A stretch of 64,000 bases of DNA. Origin: an uncultured Syntrophomonadaceae bacterium. GTDB taxonomy: Bacteria; Bacillota; Dethiobacteria; DTU022. Where the stretch lies: contig CAZPFS010000003.1 of the NCBI GenBank assembly GCA_964585925.1, positions 17,619-81,618 on the forward strand. The letters are read 5' to 3'. Numbering within the stretch: position 1 is the first letter of the stretch; every line of letters starts with the position of its first letter. Shown in pieces: positions 30,889 through 41,212 of the stretch. A model generated the notes under the pieces. It worked only from the letters and a program-made list of their open reading frames with translations, did not search any database and was not told the origin of the DNA. Made by a program: the position numbers and the translations under genes.

Positions 30889-31780
30889 TATTTTCCCCTC
30901 CAAGATAAATCTCAATGACTTTGGGGTCGTTTTGAATTGCCTCCGGACTTCCCTCCGCAATTTTTGTTCCATGATTGAGAACAATAACCCGGTTTGAAAC
31001 TCCCATCAGCACCTTCATGTGGTGCTCTACAATTATGATGGTTATGCCCATATCATTGATTTTTTTAAACAGCTTAATCGATTCCAGCGCCTCTTGAGTG
31101 TTCATGCCGGCGGTTGGTTCATCGAGCAGGAGCAATGACGGCTTTGTTCCGATCGCCCTTGCTATTTCCAGCCGGCGCTGGTTCCCATATGAAAGATTCC
31201 CCGCAATAATATTTTTCGAATCGTCCAATCCAAAAACCACTAAAATATTCCTGGCTTGGTGGTATAGTTCCTCTAATTCCTGTTTCGCTCTCCCGGTTCT
31301 AGCGATCATGCTTAATTTACTGCTCCTGGCATGCAGGTAACAGCTTATCAGCACATTATCTATAACTTTTAATTCTTTGAACAACCGGATGTTTTGGAAA
31401 GTACGAGATATTCCTGTCTTGGTTACCGCATCCATTTTAAAATTCGTGATGTCCCGGTTCTGGAACAATATTTTGCCGTTAGTGGGTAAAAACATACCGG
31501 TAATCAGGTTGAAGGTAGTGGTTTTTCCCGAACCGTTTGGTCCAATGAGGCCCAAAATTTCTCCCTTGTTTACAATTAAACTGACATCATTTACAGCGCG
31601 GACTCCTCCGAATTCCTTGGTTATATTCTTAAGTTCAAGCAAAATATTCACCTCCCCGGTACTAGTTTTTTTGTTTTGCGGCATATTTTGGCTGTCAGGT
31701 TTTTGTAAATCCCGGTAATTCCATTTGGAGCGTATATAATAAGATAAATCAATATTACGCCATAGACAACCAACCTCCAT
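30881..31780 (-). CDS. livG: Branched-chain amino acid ABC transporter ATP-binding protein LivG type. Probable TTG start near 31642 (MLELKNITKEFGG..).
   Basis: Walker A GPNGSGKTT, signature LSYGNQRRLEIA. RBS GGGGAGGTG upstream of the TTG. The tracked N-terminus overlaps livM by 133 nt. Confidence 0.8.
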   Translation of the reverse strand: MEVGCLWRNIDLSYYIRSKWNYRDLQKPDSQNMPQNKKTSTGEVNILLELKNITKEFGGVRAVNDVSLIVNKGEILGLIGPNGSGKTTTFNLITGMFLPTNGKILFQNRDITNFKMDAVTKTGISRTFQNIRLFKELKVIDNVLISCYLHARSSKLSMIARTGRAKQELEELYHQARNILVVFGLDDSKNIIAGNLSYGNQRRLEIARAIGTKPSLLLLDEPTAGMNTQEALESIKLFKKINDMGITIIIVEHHMKVLMGVSNRVIVLNHGTKIAEGSPEAIQNDPKVIEIYLGGENIA

Positions 31781-32634
31781 TCCCCCAGCATACGGAGGTA
31801 TTCCATCAGAAAGGTTATGATTGCAGCCCCTATCAAAGGACCCGTAATTGTACCGAGCCCGCCCAGAATAGCCATCGTAACCACCATAATTGAAGCTGGG
31901 CCGGAGAAGCTGTCGGGACTTATAAAACCAATGTAATGTGCATAAAAAGCTCCTGCCAAACCGGCAATAAAAGCGCTTATGGCGAATGCCAGCACTTTGC
32001 TGTAATAAGTGTTAACACCTACGGAGGCCGCGGCTATGTCATCGGATTTAAGGACCCTCCATTCCAGGCCTACTCTGGAGCTGCAAATCAAATTTATCAG
32101 GATGGTCACAATCAACAAAATGATCATTATCAAATACAATATATGGTTTCGGGAACAGAATTTAAATCCAAACAACACGATTTGGGGGACTCGGGGAAGG
32201 CCTGAAGGGCCCCCTGTAACCCCGACCAAATTTTTGAATAAAAGAAATGCAATTTGCTGAAAGCCCAACGTTGTAACCGCAAAATAAATTCCACGGGTCC
32301 GCAAGCTGGGCAATCCAATCAAAACCACACCCAGTAAACAAGCAGTTGATGCGCCAATAAAGATGGTGGCTATGATCGGCAAATCATAACGCATGCTGAG
32401 AATTGCGGAAGTGTAGGCGCCCATTCCAAAAAGAGCGCCGTGGCAAAGAGACATCTGCCCCGCAAACCCGGTTATGATATTCAGGCTGCCGGCCAACAAA
32501 CCATAAATCAAGATTATGATCATCAAATGCAGAACATAATTGCTTCGTATGATTTGCGGCAAAACCAGTATCAGTAACAGGAGAATCCCTTTGATAACCC
32601 ATTTATATCGATCCAGCTTCATCATTGATTCCAT
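31648..32634 (-). CDS. livM: Branched-chain amino acid ABC transporter permease LivM type
   Basis: 328-aa polytopic membrane protein. Its operon position is between livH and livG. Confidence 0.75.
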   Translation of the reverse strand: MESMMKLDRYKWVIKGILLLLILVLPQIIRSNYVLHLMIIILIYGLLAGSLNIITGFAGQMSLCHGALFGMGAYTSAILSMRYDLPIIATIFIGASTACLLGVVLIGLPSLRTRGIYFAVTTLGFQQIAFLLFKNLVGVTGGPSGLPRVPQIVLFGFKFCSRNHILYLIMIILLIVTILINLICSSRVGLEWRVLKSDDIAAASVGVNTYYSKVLAFAISAFIAGLAGAFYAHYIGFISPDSFSGPASIMVVTMAILGGLGTITGPLIGAAIITFLMEYLRMLGEWRLVVYGVILIYLIIYAPNGITGIYKNLTAKICRKTKKLVPGR

Positions 32635-32709
32635 CCTTTTAAAATCGCATGTTAAATTAACATAGTTTAGCTTTGCTTTCCAACCAAATTTATAGCGTGT
32701 TTTGTTCCA

Positions 32710-33582
32710 TCACATTTTTTTACCAAATATGCCGGTTGGTCTGAAAACAAGCATTACAATCAACAGAAAAAAAGCAACTATATCCCGATACCCGGAGAAC
32801 AAAAAGGATTCAGCCAGCCCCTCGATAAGACCAAGGGCAAAGCCGCTGACAATCGCTCCGGCGATATTGCCCATCCCTCCGATAACCACCAATACAAAAG
32901 CCTTGAGCCCCAATGTTTCGCCCATTGTTGGTTGCAAAACAAAAATCGGGGCAATTAATACTCCGGCAACTCCGGCCATCCCTGCCGCGAGGGCAAAAGA
33001 ATAAGAAACGACCTTGTTAACCCTCACGCCAACCAATCTGGCCATATCATTGTCTTGTGAATACGACCTGATCTCCAAGCCTAACCAGGTGCGTCTGATC
33101 AGGTAATTCAGGGCAATTAGAAGTATCACCGCAGCGATGATAATTATTATCCTTTGCACGCTCATCGATACACTTCCAAACTGAACCACCTGATCTGCAT
33201 AAGGGGTATGAAAGCTTCTAGGCACTGAGCCAAATACGATCTGGGCCAAATTCTGAAGAAGTACAGCCAAGCCGAGGGATGCCATTAATTGGTTTAAAAT
33301 ATGTTTTCCCCGGAGCGGGCGAAATATCAACCGCTCAGTGGAAACCCCTATTATAGCCGCCAGAAAAAAAGCGCCGATCAAAGAACCGAAATAACCAATA
33401 CCCAAGTAGGAATACAACACCATGCCCAGGTACGCGCCGATCATGTACTTCTGCCCGTGCGCAAAATCAATAACCTGCAATACCCCGGTAATCAGGGTAA
33501 GCCCTGTGGCGACTAAGGTATAAATCCCTCCCCTTACAAGGCCGTGTATAATTTGTTGTGTCAGTTCTTCCATTACATTCAT
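32710..33582 (-). CDS. livH: Branched-chain amino acid ABC transporter permease LivH type
   Basis: 290-aa membrane permease immediately after the substrate-binding protein gene. Confidence 0.75.
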   Translation of the reverse strand: MNVMEELTQQIIHGLVRGGIYTLVATGLTLITGVLQVIDFAHGQKYMIGAYLGMVLYSYLGIGYFGSLIGAFFLAAIIGVSTERLIFRPLRGKHILNQLMASLGLAVLLQNLAQIVFGSVPRSFHTPYADQVVQFGSVSMSVQRIIIIIAAVILLIALNYLIRRTWLGLEIRSYSQDNDMARLVGVRVNKVVSYSFALAAGMAGVAGVLIAPIFVLQPTMGETLGLKAFVLVVIGGMGNIAGAIVSGFALGLIEGLAESFLFSGYRDIVAFFLLIVMLVFRPTGIFGKKM

Positions 33583-33661
33583 TCCATTCTAGTAAGATAA
33601 TAAAAATGTTAATAGGAAGAATTAACGGGGGCGATCTCAAAATCACCCCCGTTTAACCGAT

Positions 33662-34837
33662 TTATTCTGCCATTAGTTCTTCCATGGTATACAATTGCTT
33701 GTCGGCAAGAACCCTTTTCCCGTCTCGGATCACAGAAAACAATTGTTGGAATTCAAGCTGACCTTTTTCATCAAAATGAACCGGTCCCATGGGGCTTCCC
33801 AGACCATCTGTCGCCGCAATAGCATCCCTTACCTTGATCGGGTCTGCGCTTCCGGCACGCTCGATCGCATCCAGAACAATGAGCAACCCGCCATATCCTT
33901 CGGCTGCATAATTGGTAGGAAGGTATCCATATTTATTTTCAAATGTTTCAACCAATTTTTTGGTCGCGCTGTTTCTGAGGAAGGTTGGCTCAAAAACCGA
34001 TTTAATGATCATCCCCTCAGCGCTGTCACCGGCAATCCTGATCAGCTCATCGTCAGCCAGTCCGCCAAAACCGCCAAGTTGCGTTTCAATTTTAAGCTCC
34101 TTAGCCTGACGAACAATTTGGGCGCCGTCTCCAACCCAAGAGGCAATCAAGATCATATCGGGGTTGGTTCCCTGAACCTTGGTCAGGAGGTTATAGTAAT
34201 CGGTTTCCCCGGGGTTATGTGTTTCAGCCGCCACGATTTCCAAGCCCAATCTTTGGGCCGGTTGGGCAAATGATTCATAGGTTGTTCTGCCGAAGTCATC
34301 GTTGGGGTAAATAATGGCTACTTTTTCATATTCTAAAATGTTTTTTACATATTCCGCAATTGCTTCCGCCTGAAATCTTGCCTGGGTGGTTACCCGGAAT
34401 ACAAAATGATAACCCAGCTCAGTGATATCCGGGGCAAGAGCAGCTGTAAGCACCGGTATTTGCGCAGATTCGAAATCAGGCAAAACCGCCAATACACATG
34501 GGCTGTTGAAAGGCCCCAACACGGCTGTTACGTTATGCTGGGTTATTATTCTGTTTGCAGCATTAATGCTCTCATCAGGTTTTGCCGCATCATCAAAAAC
34601 TACCAAATCAATTTTGCGCCCCAGCACGCCGCCGGCATTGTTTACTTCCTCGATGTGCATTTGAATCGCTCTTAAAGGTTCTTCCCCCAGATATGCCGCC
34701 GATCCGGTAAGGGGTCCAATAAACGCAAGCTGTATAGGCTCCTCTGCTGCTTCTTCCTCGGCAGTACAACCAGCCAGGACAAAAAGTAACAAACATGTTA
34801 ATATCACAGACAATACTATGCTGTTACGAAGACGCAT
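33662..34837 (-). CDS. livK: ABC transporter substrate-binding lipoprotein, LivK / periplasmic binding protein type I
   Basis: Signal peptide plus lipobox (VLAGCTAEEEAAEE) and a type-I PBP fold. 391 aa. Confidence 0.75.
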   Translation of the reverse strand: MRLRNSIVLSVILTCLLLFVLAGCTAEEEAAEEPIQLAFIGPLTGSAAYLGEEPLRAIQMHIEEVNNAGGVLGRKIDLVVFDDAAKPDESINAANRIITQHNVTAVLGPFNSPCVLAVLPDFESAQIPVLTAALAPDITELGYHFVFRVTTQARFQAEAIAEYVKNILEYEKVAIIYPNDDFGRTTYESFAQPAQRLGLEIVAAETHNPGETDYYNLLTKVQGTNPDMILIASWVGDGAQIVRQAKELKIETQLGGFGGLADDELIRIAGDSAEGMIIKSVFEPTFLRNSATKKLVETFENKYGYLPTNYAAEGYGGLLIVLDAIERAGSADPIKVRDAIAATDGLGSPMGPVHFDEKGQLEFQQLFSVIRDGKRVLADKQLYTMEELMAE

Positions 34838-34941
34838 TTTGCAATACCCCCTGATTTTTATTTACATATGTTGTTAGTTGGCATCGGCACCGCGTTGATT
34901 TATTTGTTGGATCACCCCATTTTGGTTGATTGCCGAAGGGA

Positions 34942-36675
34942 TCAGATTTCCTTCAGCAGTTCCAAAGAACAATTCAAGGCATCATAGCATTGATTTCTTC
35001 TTCTCATTGCCCTGGTATAATGGGTTTTGTAATTTTCGCTCTCTACCGGAAATCTTTCAAGACGTTCGAGATCCGTAAGGCCGGGCAATGGATTTTTTAA
35101 ATCCGACAGGCCATATGTGTCCTGCCCGTATCTGCCGATCACGGTATGCCTGACAGGCAGCGTGTACCGACACAATTTCATGAGGATCTTATTGATATTT
35201 TTTATTTGTTCACTGGCTATGGTCATTTTTTTCAGATCACCCTTGAGCTGTTCCAATTTTTTTGCCTTCTCCGTAAATCCATTGTTCAACTCGATCAGGC
35301 TGCTGATATCAATATCATGCTTTTCACCCATTTTTTCCAGCCTGGATAACCGCTGGGTAAATTCATCAGCCACACTGCAAAATTCAAAAGGCAAAATATC
35401 CCGATTCAGCATTTCCCATACAAAACCGGCATTGCACCTCAGATCCCTCATCAGAACATTTTCATCAACCTTGTCAATGGTGTCCAGATCGCTGTGATAC
35501 CACCAGCCAAGAATAGCTCCTTTCCATTTGGCTATTTCTTGGTGAGAATGCATGGAAAGACCAAACAGGGATGGAATACCTATTCCAAAAAATGATTGGT
35601 CGCCAATCTTGTCCTGCCGTATTTCATCATAAGGAGTATCCTTTAAAAATTTTGCGGCAACCTGACGGGCAAACAGTTTTAATTCAGCTGTGCTCCAAGC
35701 GACAAACCGTGAGGCTCCCAACATGCCCGGGGAATCAATGTTTAAATAGGCGATCCCATTGTTTTGCAACTGGCTCCAGTTATGATCCACATACCATGTG
35801 GAGCCTTCCATAATGCCTGTTTCATGGCCGGGCCAAAATCCAATGACCACACTCCTTTTTAAACGAGGTTGATTTTGGGCCAAAACACGGGCAATTTCCA
35901 TGGTAACAGCGTTTCCCGTCGCATTGCAGGTAACCCCTGCATTCCAGGCATCATAGTGCCCCCCCACCACAATAAATTTTTCAGGTTCATCATTACCCTG
36001 AATAAAGCCAAGCGGTTCAATAATTTTACGCCACTCCCGCGTACATTCGCTTTTGATCCAAAGCGTTACCTTCCCGCGCCGGCAGAGCTCTATTAAACGA
36101 TCGCCGTCTTTCCTCATGATGCTGACAACCGGTATTTTAGGCATCTGCTTGATATCTTCAGGTGTTGGATTGCCCCAGGGAGCTTTAACCGTCCCATACG
36201 TTAAATTTTCAAACTCAGGAGATCCCCAATTTGCCATTACAACCGCAAGAGCGCCGTTTACGGTGGCAATTCGTACCTTTTCGGGACGCGGGGGATCATA
36301 TGACAAGTCAAGCAAAACTATCTTGTTTTTAACATCTAAGCCGTTATACCTTTCCTCTTTGCCCTCCCCAAGATATACAACTTCTCCTTCCAATCCCTCT
36401 TTGGGAGTGGACACACCTTGCGCAAAAACAGAACAAGGTAATTCTGCAGCTTCAGGCGCTAAAATTTTTAACCGGCCGCTTATGGGGAAGGAAACCAAAC
36501 CATCCAGGTAATGTAAATGTGTATCTACCCCTGCCCCTTGCAGTTCGGTTTGGATATAGCGGGAAACCTCTTTTTCCACCTCAGTACCGGATAATCGCTC
36601 CTGAGCTATGTCGGTAATGTTATTGATATCTTTAAATGTCCTGGAAATTGAAAGTTGATCGATATAATCCAGCAT
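34942..36675 (-). CDS. M28-family metallopeptidase with a PA (protease-associated) domain (glutamate-carboxypeptidase-II / transferrin-receptor-like)
   Basis: 577 aa with Zn-ligand regions (GGHYDAW, GHETG). The domain order is PA, then peptidase, then a dimerisation-like C-terminus. Confidence 0.6.
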   Translation of the reverse strand: MLDYIDQLSISRTFKDINNITDIAQERLSGTEVEKEVSRYIQTELQGAGVDTHLHYLDGLVSFPISGRLKILAPEAAELPCSVFAQGVSTPKEGLEGEVVYLGEGKEERYNGLDVKNKIVLLDLSYDPPRPEKVRIATVNGALAVVMANWGSPEFENLTYGTVKAPWGNPTPEDIKQMPKIPVVSIMRKDGDRLIELCRRGKVTLWIKSECTREWRKIIEPLGFIQGNDEPEKFIVVGGHYDAWNAGVTCNATGNAVTMEIARVLAQNQPRLKRSVVIGFWPGHETGIMEGSTWYVDHNWSQLQNNGIAYLNIDSPGMLGASRFVAWSTAELKLFARQVAAKFLKDTPYDEIRQDKIGDQSFFGIGIPSLFGLSMHSHQEIAKWKGAILGWWYHSDLDTIDKVDENVLMRDLRCNAGFVWEMLNRDILPFEFCSVADEFTQRLSRLEKMGEKHDIDISSLIELNNGFTEKAKKLEQLKGDLKKMTIASEQIKNINKILMKLCRYTLPVRHTVIGRYGQDTYGLSDLKNPLPGLTDLERLERFPVESENYKTHYTRAMRRRNQCYDALNCSLELLKEI

Positions 36676-36757
36676 TTACATCACCCCTTATAAATTTATA
36701 GATTTCAAAACGGACAAAATTTTTAAAAGGCACCTTGTCCCGCAAAAAATAGGTGAA

Positions 36758-37660
36758 TCAACGATTCCTTAAAAATACCGGCAATTGTTCCTCTTTTTGA
36801 CCCTTGTATTGGCAGTGTACAACAACATGATCGACCTTGGTGTTTTTCGCCTGTTGGGCGGATCTGATATCACAGGTCTCACAAATGGCTTTTCTCGGCA
36901 TCAGCGGAGGCTCGCCTTTGATCGACTCTATCAGGCTGATTGCTTTTTCAAGAGCCGCGCTGTCTCCCTCCGCAATCAAGCTTACCGAACCTTCCGAACC
37001 GCCGTGGCCTCCGGAGGCGACATGAAAGCCGTCAACTCCGGTCAGAATCTTCAATGCTTCGATTTCCGTGATTACCCTGGCCCCTGTAAGCGGAATCATT
37101 CCAAGTTTCATGCCGCTGCAATAATCGAGTTTTTGTATCCCGCACAGCTCAACAGACTGTTTTACCGAAGGCACCATTTTTTCCAAACCGACGGGAGAAA
37201 TAATTTGTATCCCCTGGGCTAAAAGCATTCCTATAGCCCATCCTACAGCTCCTCCTTCCGGATGGCCGACAAAAGCTGCAACGTTGCCTTCCCTATCCAG
37301 GGCATTGGCGCCTTTAACAAAAACTGAGTTTTTATCAAACTGGACCAACATCTCGGCCATGGTGGGGGTGGGGGGTTGAATTTCTCCCCTGTCAATAAAC
37401 AAACTGATCGGTTTCTCTTCAACCAGCGTTTGGCAAGTAACCCCTTTGGTCAGAACCCCGGATAGATACTTATTCCGGTCAAACAGCTCATTAAATTTTT
37501 CTTTTCCCAGGATTTCTTCCGCCACATATACATTTGTTGATCCCAATTGGATATGCAACTTGCCGTTTCTTAAAGCGTTTTTTATCTCCTTCATTTCGGC
37601 AACGCCTTTTCCAATAAGCCTTTTTGATTCAGCAGGTGTTAGTACAAATAATGCACGCAT
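36758..37660 (-). CDS. Conserved hypothetical protein (300 aa), operonic with the CyuA-like gene upstream
   Basis: No family recognised. It has a Gly-rich segment (ASGGHGGSEGS) and a C-terminal Cys/His cluster (ICETCD...VVVHCQ). Confidence 0.4.
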   Translation of the reverse strand: MRALFVLTPAESKRLIGKGVAEMKEIKNALRNGKLHIQLGSTNVYVAEEILGKEKFNELFDRNKYLSGVLTKGVTCQTLVEEKPISLFIDRGEIQPPTPTMAEMLVQFDKNSVFVKGANALDREGNVAAFVGHPEGGAVGWAIGMLLAQGIQIISPVGLEKMVPSVKQSVELCGIQKLDYCSGMKLGMIPLTGARVITEIEALKILTGVDGFHVASGGHGGSEGSVSLIAEGDSAALEKAISLIESIKGEPPLMPRKAICETCDIRSAQQAKNTKVDHVVVHCQYKGQKEEQLPVFLRNR

Positions 37661-37828
37661 TTGATTCCCTCCTTAAATATAGTAACCAACCGCTGATTTT
37701 GAGGCAGCCGATAAACACCCATATTTGCTAAAATATTTCGGTACATTTCGGCTCTACCTCACTTATTCCTGCATTTCCCCTCACTACGAAAAAGATTGGA
37801 ATACCCCAACTGTTTGGTTTTATTCCAA

Positions 37829-39253
37829 TTATCCCATGGATTCGATAATCTGAACCAAGGCTTTATCCGCGCACTGCATTCCTTTGTTGACCAGGAAGGA
37901 AGCGTTGCCAATAGTGTGTTCGGCGCCGGGACCAACAATTCCGTCCTTGGGCTGAATAACAACACCCCGTATCGCCAGCATAGCGGCATCATAAGCGGTG
38001 CTTGCAGCCACAGAGAGTTTTAAGGCACAGCCTCCTTTGGCACCGTCGCAGATCATTCCGGCAAGAGCGCCGATAACATTGATCACCGCCGCCTGTAAAT
38101 CCAGATCGCTGCCGCCCTGTAAATACGCCAGCGCGGCTGAAGCCCCTGCACCGGCGGCAATTGCACACCCGCAAACGGGGGTCAGAATTCCAATTTTTGA
38201 TTTTATGTATATAGTTATCAGAGTACTCAGCGCAATGGCTCTTAAAACATTTTCCTCTGAGATCTTATTTATCTCTGCAAAGGTGCCAATCGGAACAATG
38301 GCGGTAATACCCTGGTTTCCGCTCCCCGCGATAGCCGCTACCGGAAAATCCAAACCATTCATTCGCACATCACAGGCTGCCGAAGTGAGAATCTTTATTC
38401 GATTGAATAGATGCAAATTGGATGTTTTTGCTTTTGTATCCCCATATATTTCCTGCAAAGCCGCGCCAAAAAAATTAACCCCTACCTCTTTTAAACCTGC
38501 CCGGGCTATTTGCATATTCATTTCCCAGCTGTCACTTAGAAATTCAATTTCTTTGGGATCAATTTCATGTATAAATTTGATTATTGCAGCCAAATCCAAT
38601 CCATCAAGGGCGCTTCCTTTGTAATTACCTGCTCCGCAGGGATTGCAAAGAATTGCATTTCCGTTATGCTCCAAACAAACGACATTCGTATGGTTTCCTG
38701 TAATCAGACAGCGACCGTGATCGCTGTCAGTCTTTATACAAACATCAATGTATAGGCCAAATTGCTCGCGTATTTTTATTTCAATTAATGACGCGTTTAC
38801 CATTTTTATGGCTTTACCAATGTCATCTTCATTGATGTCCTTTAAAACCTCCAATTGGTATTGCGGTTTCCCGGCAATCACGCCCAATGCCACCGCATAG
38901 TCAAGCCCTTTTAGGGTTGTCCTAGGAATCGTAACTCGCAGACAATTTTTATAAAAATTATTATCCACCAAAACCGTTATTGACTTAATTTCACCGGATG
39001 TTTTTTCCCTTGCCAGCGCTCCCGCATAGGCCAAAGCCACAGGTTCAGTGCAGCCCAAAGCCGGCTGTATATTGCTTTTTAAAATGTTTAGTACAGCTTC
39101 CTCGTTCAAAATATAATCACCTGCTTCTTCATATTCATCAACTGCTGTATCCTTGTTAAATACAAACAGCAATATGCATGCCATGTCTGGATTGCGGCGC
39201 TGCAATTGCTTTTTCAGGAAAATCACTGTTACGCAAACCGGAAACTTTATCAT
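37829..39253 (-). CDS. UPF0597 / serine-dehydratase-like protein of the YhaM (CyuA) L-cysteine desulfidase family
   Basis: Motifs shared with E. coli YhaM: ALGCTEPVALA, GNHTNVV, GSGNQGITA, MICDGAKGGCALK. The tracked start may be ~30 aa too early. Confidence 0.65.
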   Translation of the reverse strand: MIKFPVCVTVIFLKKQLQRRNPDMACILLFVFNKDTAVDEYEEAGDYILNEEAVLNILKSNIQPALGCTEPVALAYAGALAREKTSGEIKSITVLVDNNFYKNCLRVTIPRTTLKGLDYAVALGVIAGKPQYQLEVLKDINEDDIGKAIKMVNASLIEIKIREQFGLYIDVCIKTDSDHGRCLITGNHTNVVCLEHNGNAILCNPCGAGNYKGSALDGLDLAAIIKFIHEIDPKEIEFLSDSWEMNMQIARAGLKEVGVNFFGAALQEIYGDTKAKTSNLHLFNRIKILTSAACDVRMNGLDFPVAAIAGSGNQGITAIVPIGTFAEINKISEENVLRAIALSTLITIYIKSKIGILTPVCGCAIAAGAGASAALAYLQGGSDLDLQAAVINVIGALAGMICDGAKGGCALKLSVAASTAYDAAMLAIRGVVIQPKDGIVGPGAEHTIGNASFLVNKGMQCADKALVQIIESMG

Positions 39254-39403
39254 ATTGATAAATATAGCCGTCCGGAATTAGCCCTATGCTCCCTTTTCTT
39301 CCCGCAATCCCGGTATTATCATATTGATAATAAGCATTTATTATAGTTACCAAATGTCTAAATCGTTCAATAGCAGGAGAAGTTTAAGGATAAGCGAAGT
39401 ATA

Positions 39404-41212
39404 TTGAATAGGTTGCCAAATGCCAAACAACAGGGCTTGCTCGCCAGGTTTATGGGGAATACTGCCTGTGATCCTGAGGAAGGGGTTTTCATGCAAAACA
39501 TTGCCGAAGTTATTGCAAGTGTATTGAAATTAGATGTAACTATTGTAGACAAAAATTTGAGCCGGGTCGCCGGCACGGGCTATTATTTTGATAAAGTGAA
39601 CACATTAATACCCTGTGGCTCTTCTTTTGATTTTGTACTAAGCACCGGCAAGAAGATGGTAATATCCAATGTGGGAGATGGCCTATGTCAGGGATGTTCA
39701 ATGCGGGAGAGTTGCGTTGAATTGGCCCATGTATGTTGCCCCATATGTATCGAAGAAAAACCAATCGGCGTCCTGGGCCTGGTAGCCTTTGATTCGGAAC
39801 AACGCAGCCGTTTGTTAAATGCATTGAATGACTATGAGGATTTTTTAGATCAAATATGTAATTTAATTGCCGCAAAAATTCGCGGAGATGAAACTATCGA
39901 CGAATTGCTGGCGGCGCATAGCCAGATCAGCATTATTATGCAGACTGTCAATGAAGGCATGATGCTTGTTAATGATCAGGGTCGGGTAACTTATTGCAAC
40001 AAGGCTTCGGAAATCCTTCTTGAAACCCCCGCCGGGCTTATTGTTGGTCGGCACATTAAAGAAATATTCAACGATACCGAAATGGACTGGTCAAAACCAC
40101 TGCAAGAGGATTTTGAATTCAGAGAAGTAACCAGGGTGGAACAAAATCATAGAATCAGTTGCTTTGTTACCAACAAGCCCGTGCAGGTAGACCATAAGTA
40201 CCTTGGAGCGGTCCTAACCTTTTACACGGCAAGCACCGTACACAGGTTGGTGGGGGAATTTTCCAGTGATCAGATAGATCATAGCTTCAATACTATCCTC
40301 GGCAACAGCAAGGCCATTGTAGAATGTAAGCACCAGGCCGCTTTGGCGGCAAAAAGCAACTCCACCGTCTTGATTACCGGCGAAACGGGCACCGGCAAGG
40401 ATCTGTTGGCGCGTGCGATACATAGTTCCAGCAGTAGAAAGGAAAAAGCTTTTATTGCCATAAACTGCGCGGCTATTCCGGAAACACTGCTGGAGAGTGA
40501 ACTTTTTGGTTATGAGGAAGGGGCATTTACCGGGGCAAAAAAGGGGGGGAAACCGGGTAAATTTCAATTGGCCGACGAGGGCACCCTGTTTCTTGATGAA
40601 ATTGGAGACATGCCCCTATTTTTGCAAGTTAAATTATTGCGTGTACTTCAGGAAGGCTCTGTAGAGAGGGTAGGAGGGGTAAATAAAATCCCGCTCAATG
40701 TGCGTATTATTGCCGCTACCAACCGCAATTTGGGGGAGCTTACAAAGCACGGTGAGTTCAGGGAAGATCTTTTTTATAGAATTAATGTTATTCCCATCGA
40801 GATCCCCCCTTTGCGCGAAAGATCCTCCGATGTTAGGATTCTTATTGATCATTTTTTGGAACATTACGGCAAACTGCTGGAGAAGCCATACCTGCGTTTC
40901 TCACCGGAAGCGCTGCAACTTTTGTGCAATCACAATTGGCCCGGTAATGTGCGGGAGTTGGAAAACATTGTGGAATATGCTGTGAATATGGCCACTGCAG
41001 GTAGAATTACCGTTGAAAATTTACCTAAAAAATTACAAATAGACAAAGATACGGAAGCGGTTACACCTCTGGCGGAATTGGAAAAAAAGGAACTGCAGAA
41101 GGCCCTTAACTATTTTGGAAATACTACAGAATCCAAGAAAAAAATATCATCTGCCCTCGGAATCAGCATCGCTTCGGTATATCGTAAATTAAAACTGCAC
41201 GGCTTGGCTTAA
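39404..41212 (+). CDS. Sigma-54-dependent transcriptional activator (GAF-like Cys-rich sensor, PAS, AAA+ sigma-54 interaction domain, Fis-type HTH). The likely start is ATG ~39491 (MQNIAEVIAS..).
   Basis: Walker A GETGTGKDLLARAIH, the GAFTGA motif (EEGAFTGA), ESELFGYE, and a C-terminal HTH. RBS GAGGAAGGGG before 39491. Confidence 0.85.
   Translation: MNRLPNAKQQGLLARFMGNTACDPEEGVFMQNIAEVIASVLKLDVTIVDKNLSRVAGTGYYFDKVNTLIPCGSSFDFVLSTGKKMVISNVGDGLCQGCSMRESCVELAHVCCPICIEEKPIGVLGLVAFDSEQRSRLLNALNDYEDFLDQICNLIAAKIRGDETIDELLAAHSQISIIMQTVNEGMMLVNDQGRVTYCNKASEILLETPAGLIVGRHIKEIFNDTEMDWSKPLQEDFEFREVTRVEQNHRISCFVTNKPVQVDHKYLGAVLTFYTASTVHRLVGEFSSDQIDHSFNTILGNSKAIVECKHQAALAAKSNSTVLITGETGTGKDLLARAIHSSSSRKEKAFIAINCAAIPETLLESELFGYEEGAFTGAKKGGKPGKFQLADEGTLFLDEIGDMPLFLQVKLLRVLQEGSVERVGGVNKIPLNVRIIAATNRNLGELTKHGEFREDLFYRINVIPIEIPPLRERSSDVRILIDHFLEHYGKLLEKPYLRFSPEALQLLCNHNWPGNVRELENIVEYAVNMATAGRITVENLPKKLQIDKDTEAVTPLAELEKKELQKALNYFGNTTESKKKISSALGISIASVYRKLKLHGLA

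Noticed and set aside
34878-34893. A sigma-54 promoter-like TTGGCATCGGCACCGC
   Set aside because: It matches TGGCA(-24)...GC(-12) spacing, but it lies on the plus strand pointing antisense into the minus-strand M28 gene and has a weak -12 element. No convincing -24/-12 promoter was found in the 39254-39403 divergent region either.
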